From Candidatus Omnitrophota bacterium (GTDB taxonomy: Bacteria; Omnitrophota; Gorgyraeia; Gygaellales; Profunditerraquicolaceae), in contig JAQUOV010000001.1 in NCBI GenBank assembly GCA_028716965.1, positions 70,448-134,447 on the forward strand: DNA of 64,000 nt. The letters run 5' to 3'. Position 1 is the first letter of the stretch. Every line of letters starts with the position of its first letter. A program made the translations under genes and the position numbers. Under the pieces are notes generated by a model that saw only the letters and a list, made by a program, of their open reading frames with translations, made no database searches and was not told the DNA's origin. Shown here piece after piece: positions 37,470-45,508 of the stretch.

Positions 37470-38967
37470 GATTCAATAAACCACTTTCTAAAAATTCATT
37501 TTTTAATTCATCGTAAATCTTTTGCCCTTCCGGAGTTTCAGCTTCAGCTTTTCGAATCTCCGTCCACCGGGATTCCGGGAATTTCACATACATATTAAAT
37601 GTCTTCACCAGGCCATTAACTTCTGATTGTGGAAATTGAGGCATATTCAAAAGTGAACCGCCAATAACAACTGACTGTACAATATCTTCGTAACTGATAA
37701 AACCTAAGCGCTCACATTCATCCCGTAACGGCGTACCATGAAACGGCGTAAATGGATAAGCATTACGATCCCATGATCTCACGAGCCGGTTAAACCTAAT
37801 AGTATCAAATGCAAGATCCCTGGTTTCATGAGGAAATCCTATAAGATTATTTACGCTGAAAGGAATGCCGGATTCTTCAATTAGCCTGAATTTTTCCAGC
37901 ATCGCCTGGTTGCTTATTCTACGATTGAGCACATTCTGCCTGAATTTCTCATTACCATGCTCAATACCAAATGACATCCGTGCGCAGTTGATCTTTTTTA
38001 AAGCGGCTAATCTGTCTTTGGTTATTGTTTCTACGCGTGTCTGGCACCAAAATGGTAACTTAATTTGTTGATACATTGAACAAAATTCCTCAAACTCTTC
38101 ATTAGTCCAACACAAAAATGTATCTGCCCAAAAATACAAATACTCAGCCTTCATTGTATCTTTGTAAAATAATAATTCTTTAAGGATATTTTCGTTTGTT
38201 TTTTTGCGTAAAAAAGAGCGCCCCTGTTCTTTCCGGTAAAGGATCATCTGCGCAGGAGAATTACAATACGCGCACGTATTGGGACAACCGCGGAATGTTT
38301 CAACGGGAAACATCCTATAAACCTTGCCCCCCATGGGCCGGTAAAAACGCGCTTCTTCAAAAATCGACATATCAATCAATGGATTTTTATTTATATCTAC
38401 CATCCTGAGCGGATTTTTCTTGATGGTTCCGTCTCCTTGCTTGACCCATAAATTCGTAACATCATCGTATTTCAAGCCGTTTTCCAGCCGATAACACAAC
38501 TCGACTAACGCATCCTCACCTTCACCGCGACAAATAATATCTACTTCCGGATAGCTTAATACTAAATCGGGGGCAAAAGTCGGAAAAACTCCCCCCGCAA
38601 TCGCGGGTATTTCCAGATCGCTCACCTTTGATAAAAGCTTAATCCCAAGCTTAAACATATCTTCCGTGCAGGAAAGCCCGATCAAATCCGGTTTAAAATC
38701 CAAAACGCTTGAGCGAAAATCATCAAAACAGTTTGTTGTTTTGCATGAAATCTGGCGCGGCATTTCAAACGGACGGGCCATTAATCGGTCAGATTTTGAC
38801 TTATCCGAATCCGCTTCCTTACCGTCAACCGACTTGTAGTAAGTTGTATCAAATAGCTGAACCTCATATCCTGCCCGTTTCAAAACAGCAGATAATAACC
38901 CAATAGCCGAGGGAAGCATATTCATTCCTCTTGCATTCGGATAAACAAGCATAACTTTAAACGCCAT
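37459..38967 (-). CDS. B12-binding radical SAM enzyme (class B)
   Basis: MAFKVMLVYPNARGMN...GYEVQLFD (B12 domain) and FRGCPNTCAYCNSP (CxxxCxxC). Confidence 0.8.
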   Translation of the reverse strand: MAFKVMLVYPNARGMNMLPSAIGLLSAVLKRAGYEVQLFDTTYYKSVDGKEADSDKSKSDRLMARPFEMPRQISCKTTNCFDDFRSSVLDFKPDLIGLSCTEDMFKLGIKLLSKVSDLEIPAIAGGVFPTFAPDLVLSYPEVDIICRGEGEDALVELCYRLENGLKYDDVTNLWVKQGDGTIKKNPLRMVDINKNPLIDMSIFEEARFYRPMGGKVYRMFPVETFRGCPNTCAYCNSPAQMILYRKEQGRSFLRKKTNENILKELLFYKDTMKAEYLYFWADTFLCWTNEEFEEFCSMYQQIKLPFWCQTRVETITKDRLAALKKINCARMSFGIEHGNEKFRQNVLNRRISNQAMLEKFRLIEESGIPFSVNNLIGFPHETRDLAFDTIRFNRLVRSWDRNAYPFTPFHGTPLRDECERLGFISYEDIVQSVVIGGSLLNMPQFPQSEVNGLVKTFNMYVKFPESRWTEIRKAEAETPEGQKIYDELKNEFLESGLLNLVE

Positions 38968-38982
38968 TATAATCCTTTCATT

Positions 38983-39624
38983 TCATAAGGTGTCCAAAAT
39001 TGCAGGGAGCTCAGAAAAATCATTCATTTTTAAACAATCGCTTGCTTTAAAAATATTCTCGTTATTCTTGATACGCGCGATAAACTTTACCCCGTTATCT
39101 TTTGCCGCTAAATAATCACTCATTGCATCTCCGATATATAAAGCACCCTGCGCGCTGATCTTATTATCCATAAGGATTTTCTTTACCGCATCAAACTTTG
39201 CCAGCGGGGCGCCATACACAGATATAAATATCTTATCTAAACCTCTCCTGCGCACGATATCACTTATCTCATCTTGAGGAGTTGCAGAAACAATAAATAA
39301 TTTGCTCTGTTTTGATCTGTTAATGAGAAATTCCTGAACCCCCTTCACGTAAGGAGCCTTAACTACGGCATCTAATACTAAAGAAGCGAATCTTGTGCAG
39401 AGAGAGTTGAATTCTTTATCATCAAGCTGCCGGTGCAGGATATTACGGTATATGTAGCGGAATTTGTCAAACCGGGATACCCCCATGTTGTCCTTATGAT
39501 ATGATACAACCTTTTCAACAACTCTCTCTCCTTCTATCTCAAAAAGTTTAGCGAAAGCCTCTGTTTTTATATCAGTGGACTCAACGATTACCCCGTCAAA
39601 ATCAAAGATTATTCCCTTAATCAT
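38983..39624 (-). CDS. HAD-superfamily hydrolase (phosphatase/beta-phosphoglucomutase-like)
   Basis: MIKGIIFDFDGVIV (DxDG motif I), then SATPQD (motif II) and GDAMSD (motif IV). Confidence 0.8.
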   Translation of the reverse strand: MIKGIIFDFDGVIVESTDIKTEAFAKLFEIEGERVVEKVVSYHKDNMGVSRFDKFRYIYRNILHRQLDDKEFNSLCTRFASLVLDAVVKAPYVKGVQEFLINRSKQSKLFIVSATPQDEISDIVRRRGLDKIFISVYGAPLAKFDAVKKILMDNKISAQGALYIGDAMSDYLAAKDNGVKFIARIKNNENIFKASDCLKMNDFSELPAILDTL

Positions 39625-40282
39625 TGAATTCTCCGATTACCATACAAGGCGCGCTATCAATGCCAGAAACTACTATCGGCGATATTATCACTCTGCGCAA
39701 AACGGGTAATTTAAGATTAATGCGCATATCTTCAACTAAAAGCAGAGCTCTATCTTGACCCTTGGAGTCTAAAAAAGCCCGATGCGCCTCCCTGCCAAGC
39801 TCTCTATTCTTAATTGAAGATATAGATAACCAATCTATACCTATGGCCCTTAGATTACGGCAGTTTTTCTTCAAATAAACCGCTACTTCCGGATGTATAC
39901 CCGGGTTTTGTTCTACATATTTCTTATGCCTTCTTAAGGCCGACCATCCTGACCTGAATATCAAGATATCGCACAAAGGATTTATTGCTTTCATCCATTT
40001 GCCGATCCTCAGTATCTCCGCGGGCCCCAAAGGGGTATTAATGACCTGCGGAGCTGTAAAAACCCATTCCGAGCACGGATAATCCTCTATACATTTTCCG
40101 TTATCAAAGAAATGGCGTGGGGCATCTATATGCGTACCCCAATGGCTTTCCATGGAAAACTTATAAACATTCGCGTTATCCCCGGATGATATGGCGCGTT
40201 TTGCCTTAATCCCCAGATCAGCCTTACCGCCATATACCGGCATACCCTGTGAAACGGGATAAGACAAATACCTGTATTTCAT
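39617..40282 (-). CDS. Cyclase-family metal-dependent hydrolase (kynurenine-formamidase-like fold)
   Basis: HWGTHIDAPRHFFDNG matches the HxGTHxDxPxH signature of PF04199 cyclase family proteins. Confidence 0.65.
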   Translation of the reverse strand: MKYRYLSYPVSQGMPVYGGKADLGIKAKRAISSGDNANVYKFSMESHWGTHIDAPRHFFDNGKCIEDYPCSEWVFTAPQVINTPLGPAEILRIGKWMKAINPLCDILIFRSGWSALRRHKKYVEQNPGIHPEVAVYLKKNCRNLRAIGIDWLSISSIKNRELGREAHRAFLDSKGQDRALLLVEDMRINLKLPVLRRVIISPIVVSGIDSAPCMVIGEFND

Positions 40283-41205
40283 CGTTTTTTCTTATCCTTG
40301 ATTACCATCCCATCGCAAGTAGGCAGTGGGCTGATCTGTTTATACGCATCATATACTGACTCCAGAATACCCTGGCTAAGATCCAAATAAGTTTTGCTAA
40401 TGAGCCGCCTACCGATCTTCGGGGCAAAAGAATACGGCGTAATCTCATAATGCGTATTCTCTTTTGAAGGAAGAAATTCCACTTTCACATTATTGCCTAA
40501 CATTTCCCTGATCATGAAAAATAAATCTTTAACCTTCATTTGCTGGTTTCCGGTTAAAATAACATGCTGGTTGACGAATTCATCAGACAGTATTTCTACG
40601 CTTCCCTTTGCGGCATCACAGACATGGATATACTCTCTAATCTCTTCCCCGTCACCATGCCGGGATATCCTATTCTGAGTCAAAGCCTGCCTTATAATAT
40701 TATAGATGAAGTTTCTATCATCTGCCCTGGGGCCATATAGCGAACCGTAACGCAAAATGGTGTATGGCAGATTGAATACTTCGTGATAATTTTCTATCAA
40801 GAGTTCACAGGCTTGTTTTGTGCTCCTGTAAAATGCTCCAGCTTTGCTATACACATAAAGGGAACTGGCAAAGACAAAACGCTTTGCCCCTGCTTTTCTG
40901 GCTGCCTCTAACAGGATAGAATTGCCAAGGATATTGCATTTTACGCTCTCAAGCGGCCTTTTGCTTGCCTCATCAATATCGGCAATGCCCGCAAAATTGT
41001 AAACTATATCGCAATTCTTGACGGCTGCCTCCACCTTCTTCTGGTCCAATATGTCGCCTGTTATCATAGACTGCGCTTTTCGTAAATGCGCTGAAGGCTT
41101 GATATCGTAAATTACTACCTTATACCCTGCATCATCTAATGCGTCCGCTACATGGCTGCCAAGAAATCCCGAACCTCCGAAAACTATCGCTTTCATTTTA
41201 ATCAT
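40279..41205 (-). CDS. NAD-dependent epimerase/dehydratase (SDR)
   Basis: MKAIVFGGSGFLGSHVADAL and a YRSTK (YxxxK) motif. Confidence 0.8.
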   Translation of the reverse strand: MIKMKAIVFGGSGFLGSHVADALDDAGYKVVIYDIKPSAHLRKAQSMITGDILDQKKVEAAVKNCDIVYNFAGIADIDEASKRPLESVKCNILGNSILLEAARKAGAKRFVFASSLYVYSKAGAFYRSTKQACELLIENYHEVFNLPYTILRYGSLYGPRADDRNFIYNIIRQALTQNRISRHGDGEEIREYIHVCDAAKGSVEILSDEFVNQHVILTGNQQMKVKDLFFMIREMLGNNVKVEFLPSKENTHYEITPYSFAPKIGRRLISKTYLDLSQGILESVYDAYKQISPLPTCDGMVIKDKKKR

Positions 41206-42113
41206 GCCCCCTCTTTTAAACCCTTAATTAAGTTTCTTACCGCTTCCAACTCCATATTTATCCTGGCCTCTTTGGCGTAAGAGCCTATATGCGGCGTAAG
41301 AATCACATTATCCAATTCCTTAAGCATCCCGCTGTAAGGCTCCTGCTCAAATACATCTATCGCTGCACCCGAAATATCGTTGTTCTTAAGCGCCTTAATC
41401 AAAGCGGCCTCTTCCACGGTTTCTCCGCGCGAAACATTTACGATCCAAGCTCCTTTTTTTAATGCCTTAAACTCTTTCTCTCCTAAAATCTTATCCGTAG
41501 AAGAGGCGTGAATCGTAAGAATATCCGCCCAGCGCAACAATTCTGTTTTCGGCATATTCTTAAATCCCGGATTCGAACTTTTTATGTTTGGGTCCGTATA
41601 GGAAATCTCACAACCAAACGGTTTTAATAACTCGGCTACTTTCTTCCCAATCTTTCCAAAACCGATTATGCCGATTTTCTTATTTGAAAGAAGGTTTCCC
41701 ATCAATTTTTGCCATTCCCCGCGCCGCATAGCCGCATCCATCTTATTTATTTTTCTTAACAGGTTCAACATTAGACCGACGGTTAGCTCTGCCACGGCAA
41801 GCGTTGGGGCATCAGGTGTATTTACTACCTTTATATTGTAATGTTTAGCCGCCTCAAGATCCACATTATCTAATCCTGCCCCACACCTGGAGATTACCTT
41901 TAGCCTTGGCAGAGTTGAAATTATATTTCGATCGATCAATTCTGTCCCGGCGATTAAGCCTGCGGCATCTTTTGCTAATTTAACTAATTCTTCAGGTTTT
42001 ATCTTACGGCCATAGGGGTTAGCCATTATTCTATAACCGCTCTTCTCTAGTAATTCGAGAGGAGACTTATCGTATTCTGCAAATGAAGTTGTCGAAATGG
42101 CTATAATTTTCAC
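41202..42113 (-). CDS. D-isomer-specific 2-hydroxyacid dehydrogenase (phosphoglycerate-dehydrogenase-like)
   Basis: GIIGFGKIGKKVAELLKPFGCEISYTD (NAD GxGxxG), then a catalytic R/E/H arrangement (SRG...E...TPHIG). Confidence 0.85.
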   Translation of the reverse strand: MKIIAISTTSFAEYDKSPLELLEKSGYRIMANPYGRKIKPEELVKLAKDAAGLIAGTELIDRNIISTLPRLKVISRCGAGLDNVDLEAAKHYNIKVVNTPDAPTLAVAELTVGLMLNLLRKINKMDAAMRRGEWQKLMGNLLSNKKIGIIGFGKIGKKVAELLKPFGCEISYTDPNIKSSNPGFKNMPKTELLRWADILTIHASSTDKILGEKEFKALKKGAWIVNVSRGETVEEAALIKALKNNDISGAAIDVFEQEPYSGMLKELDNVILTPHIGSYAKEARINMELEAVRNLIKGLKEGA

Positions 42114-42122
42114 CTTACCCTC

Positions 42123-42944
42123 CTACCAATCTTTATATTTAGAAGACCAGCTGCTATCCCTGCTAAGCACCAGGCCATAAAATCCCTCATAATCGCTCTT
42201 TCTCCAGTAAGGGCGCGTAACCCTTAATAAGCCTCTCTGCGGATATTGCAGATAGATATTTTCGGTTTTAATGCGCCAACCGGAGTGCAAAATAAGTAAT
42301 TTCCAATCGTTTGGGCTCAATTCAAAGATGTGCGTATTCTCGGCATAAACGTCACTTTGTGCACAGTGCCGAATATGATGTAATCCTACCCTGCTATTCG
42401 CAAGATAAGGTACGGTCACTATTAAATACTCTGCTTTTGTGCCTAATGACAAACTCCGCAAAAAATTGCACGGATCCATTAGATGCTCTAATGTCTCAAA
42501 ACATAAGAAAATATCTGCTTTAATGTCGTAGTTTTCCAAGTTTTCAGCTTTTGCGCAAACAGCGTCCAAACCCTTAGCCTTGATCCTGGCAACCGCTTTT
42601 TCATCAAGATTCACGCTCATTGATCTTACCTTAACCTTTTGCGAATAAAGGCCTTTTATGTATTGTATGTGAGTGCCGGCAGAATCACCAATATCAACAA
42701 TTACGGCTGAATCCTGAAAATTACGCATCGCCTTATCAAGCAGAGACATTTGGAAAGCATGCATTGCCCTCACTTTTGCCTTAAGATAACCTTCCTTAAC
42801 TTCAAACAAGCTGTATTGCTGGCTTATATCAGGGACTATTCTTTCTAACTTGTCCACCAACACTTCAAGCCCCTGCTCTCTAACAGCGCACCTGATCGAT
42901 CTTGTCAGTATTGTTTGCACGGGGATTATACTGCTTATATTCAT
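42123..42944 (-). CDS. Class I SAM-dependent methyltransferase
   Basis: VVDIGDSAGTHIQYIKG (motif I-like) and LCFETLEHL (motif II/III). Confidence 0.55.
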   Translation of the reverse strand: MNISSIIPVQTILTRSIRCAVREQGLEVLVDKLERIVPDISQQYSLFEVKEGYLKAKVRAMHAFQMSLLDKAMRNFQDSAVIVDIGDSAGTHIQYIKGLYSQKVKVRSMSVNLDEKAVARIKAKGLDAVCAKAENLENYDIKADIFLCFETLEHLMDPCNFLRSLSLGTKAEYLIVTVPYLANSRVGLHHIRHCAQSDVYAENTHIFELSPNDWKLLILHSGWRIKTENIYLQYPQRGLLRVTRPYWRKSDYEGFYGLVLSRDSSWSSKYKDW

Positions 42945-42949
42945 TTTAT

Positions 42950-43723
42950 TTATCCCTGCCTGTACCTTTCAAATAATTTATCCGATGCCATCATCGCGCT
43001 CACCGTTTCCAGGTCAGCCAGGGTATCCACAGACTTGGTCTCATAATTTGTTAAGACCATCTTCACCTTTTGCCCATTCTCAAGTATTCGCATCATGTCA
43101 ACAGATTCAAATATCTCTAAAGGGGTCGGCTTCATCTTTGTATATTCCAAAAGAAATTCTTTCTTAAATGGTATTATACAAACCTGTTTGAGCATTGTAA
43201 CATTAGGAGAACCCTTTTTTCTTGAAGGTATGGGTTCTCTGGAAAAATATAACGCGTTATTAAGTTTATCCACTACTACCTTCACTTCGTTAGGATCCTC
43301 AAACTCTTTGACAGTCTTTATCCGGGCCATCAAATTCGTTATTTTAACTGCACTATCTTCCAAGAGAGGCTTCAGAGCCTCATCGATCATTTCCGGATAA
43401 GTGAGCGGCTCATCCCCCTGGATCATTACAACGATATCCACTTTCTTACCGGTCTCATTTTCTATTTTCAAAACTGCTTCGGCAGCGCGGTCCGATGCCC
43501 GCTCATGGGTGGCAGCAGTCATAACCGCCTTTGCGCCTAATGCATCCAAGTATTGTTTTATTTCTTGATCGCAGGTAGCAACATAAACCTCATTCATCAG
43601 TTTCGACATCTTGCTTCTCAGATAAACATGGCCAATCATGGGAATACCACATATTTTAGCCAGTGGTTTGCCGGGAAACCTTGAAGAAGCCATACGGCCA
43701 GGAATAATCCCGATGATATTCAT
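42950..43723 (-). CDS. KdsB/NeuA-like CMP-sugar cytidylyltransferase (CMP-ulosonate/nonulosonate synthetase)
   Basis: MNIIGIIPGRMASSRFPGKPLAKICGIPMIGHV parallels the KdsB N-terminus (IPARYASTRLPGKPL). Start trimmed to the ATG at 43723, one nt after the upstream stop; the track's 299-aa form carries a non-conserved leader. Confidence 0.75.
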   Translation of the reverse strand: MNIIGIIPGRMASSRFPGKPLAKICGIPMIGHVYLRSKMSKLMNEVYVATCDQEIKQYLDALGAKAVMTAATHERASDRAAEAVLKIENETGKKVDIVVMIQGDEPLTYPEMIDEALKPLLEDSAVKITNLMARIKTVKEFEDPNEVKVVVDKLNNALYFSREPIPSRKKGSPNVTMLKQVCIIPFKKEFLLEYTKMKPTPLEIFESVDMMRILENGQKVKMVLTNYETKSVDTLADLETVSAMMASDKLFERYRQG

Positions 43724-43724
43724 T

Positions 43725-44720
43725 TTACAATCCTTTGCTTTTGCGCGCCACAACCAGCATATGGCTTGATAACCGGTTTTCAGATAAAAATTTTTGAAAA
43801 TTACGTAATACCTGATCATCCTGACCCAAAAGATAATCGATAAATTCATTCGTTTTCATATCCAAACCAGATTTTCTTTCTTTAAGAATGATATCTACGT
43901 CCAATTCTCCGGGGGTCTCTACAGACACCGGTTCAAAACCAGCTCTCTCAAGAAGACGCGCGAGAGAAACAGGATTAAAATAGTTAAGATGTTCCGGCGG
44001 CGTAATATTCTTCGTCTGCTCCTTTAGTATTTTAAAGTCAAATCCTTCTCCATTAGGCGTAGCTATAGATATAAATCCTTTTGTCTCTAATGCTCTGTTG
44101 CATGAGATTAAAAATTCAATAGGCTCAAATAGATGTTCTATTAAATCATTTATGGATATTAGAGCTACTGAAGCCGGATCAATATTATCAACAGTACCAA
44201 GACGGGCATCAAGGCTTGCTCTTTTGCACGCCCCCACGCAATCGTTAGATAAATCCAAAGCAATAATATTGCGAAAAAAACCCTCCTTCTTCAAGCATGC
44301 GGCGAACGCTCCGGATCCAGCTCCAATATCAACGGCCGTTCCTGTCGAATTAATGCCTAATCTTTTCATTATATCAATTATCCTCTTCGCCCTTGGCGTA
44401 TATTGAATTTTTTTTCTTTCGATATCGGCTTCCAATAAAAGCTTAGTCCACATAGCAAGAGAAGGATAATTGTTGTAATAGAATTTTAACAGTGTATCGT
44501 CCGGCCTTGGAGAACAATAAAGAGTTTGGCAATCACTGCAATACTTATGGTTAAAGCCGTATTTATTAAAAGATTTGCGTCCGTCCGCGCCACAGGCCGG
44601 ACATTTTACCTCAACAAATTGCCCAGAATATCTGGCAAAAAAATCCTTCGCATCTGCCTCACGCTGAGAGAGAATATCTTCATAAAGCTTTTTCGGCCTC
44701 ATTAAATCTATCTTCTTCAT
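43725..44720 (-). CDS. SAM-dependent methyltransferase with N-terminal Cys4 zinc-ribbon
   Basis: CPACG...CSDC, then AVDIGAGSGAFAACLKKEG (motif I) and LDLS. Start trimmed to the ATG at 44720, which forms an ATGA overlap with the aldolase stop. Confidence 0.55.
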   Translation of the reverse strand: MKKIDLMRPKKLYEDILSQREADAKDFFARYSGQFVEVKCPACGADGRKSFNKYGFNHKYCSDCQTLYCSPRPDDTLLKFYYNNYPSLAMWTKLLLEADIERKKIQYTPRAKRIIDIMKRLGINSTGTAVDIGAGSGAFAACLKKEGFFRNIIALDLSNDCVGACKRASLDARLGTVDNIDPASVALISINDLIEHLFEPIEFLISCNRALETKGFISIATPNGEGFDFKILKEQTKNITPPEHLNYFNPVSLARLLERAGFEPVSVETPGELDVDIILKERKSGLDMKTNEFIDYLLGQDDQVLRNFQKFLSENRLSSHMLVVARKSKGL

Positions 44721-45478
44721 CGGTATCGTTTCGTCATAGGAACACAAGATACTGCTTTCTGCAAAAATATTGTATCCATCCCATAAGCTATGAATTTAAA
44801 TCCCTGGGCGATCCTGCGCTTCAGATCGCGCTCGTCAGGATTAACTATATGTATGCCCAGCAGTTTATCTGAATCCTTCACCGCCTTGATTATTTTGTCA
44901 AGAACGGCATTAAATCTCTTATCGTTAAATTTACCGGGTATCCCCATTGAACCCGAAAGGTCATAAGGCCCGATGATACAGGCATCAATCCCTTTTAAAT
45001 TTAAGATCGAATCCAGGTTATCCAAAGCGTTAATATGCTCTATCTGGACTACCAGAATACTTGACCTATTTGCTTTACGGATATAACTCTCAAATTTCTT
45101 GCCGTATTGATGAGCCCTGCCTAAACCAAAGCTCCTTTTCCCAGTAGGAGGATAATTGACGGCATCGAGAGCCTTACGCGCGTCTTCTTCACAATTAATC
45201 ATCGGCACGATAACCCCTCCTGCGCCCGCATCCATGACGCGGCGTATTGTGCTGGGATCGTTTTCATTCAAACGAACAAGCGGAACTCCCCCTGAAAGAT
45301 TAATCACCTGAATCAACTTATAAACGTAATTTAAATCTATTAACCCGTGCTCCATATCAATAGCAAGCCAATCAAAGCCGGCTTTCGCCATAATCTCAGC
45401 ACTAAAAACATCCGGAAGCTGGATCCAGCTTCCTATTGATAACCTTTTTTTGCTTATCGAACTTTTTAGGTCTGTCAT
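44717..45478 (-). CDS. HpcH/HpaI-family class II (metal-dependent) pyruvate aldolase
   Basis: SIGSWIQLPDVFSAEIMAKAGFDWLAIDMEHGLID is the canonical N-terminal beta-strand/E-H region of HpcH/HpaI / citrate-lyase-beta-like aldolases. The size (253 aa) fits. Confidence 0.8.
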   Translation of the reverse strand: MTDLKSSISKKRLSIGSWIQLPDVFSAEIMAKAGFDWLAIDMEHGLIDLNYVYKLIQVINLSGGVPLVRLNENDPSTIRRVMDAGAGGVIVPMINCEEDARKALDAVNYPPTGKRSFGLGRAHQYGKKFESYIRKANRSSILVVQIEHINALDNLDSILNLKGIDACIIGPYDLSGSMGIPGKFNDKRFNAVLDKIIKAVKDSDKLLGIHIVNPDERDLKRRIAQGFKFIAYGMDTIFLQKAVSCVPMTKRYR

Positions 45479-45508
45479 TCATTCCCCCTTTAAGCTATCA
45501 TATTTATA

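Noticed and set aside
36423-38967. Possibility that the radical SAM/SPASM genes mark a RiPP cluster
   Set aside because: There is no small precursor-peptide ORF, peptidase or RiPP recognition-element protein nearby, and the flanks are sugar-nucleotide enzymes. I treat it as carbohydrate tailoring, with the caveat given in the findings.
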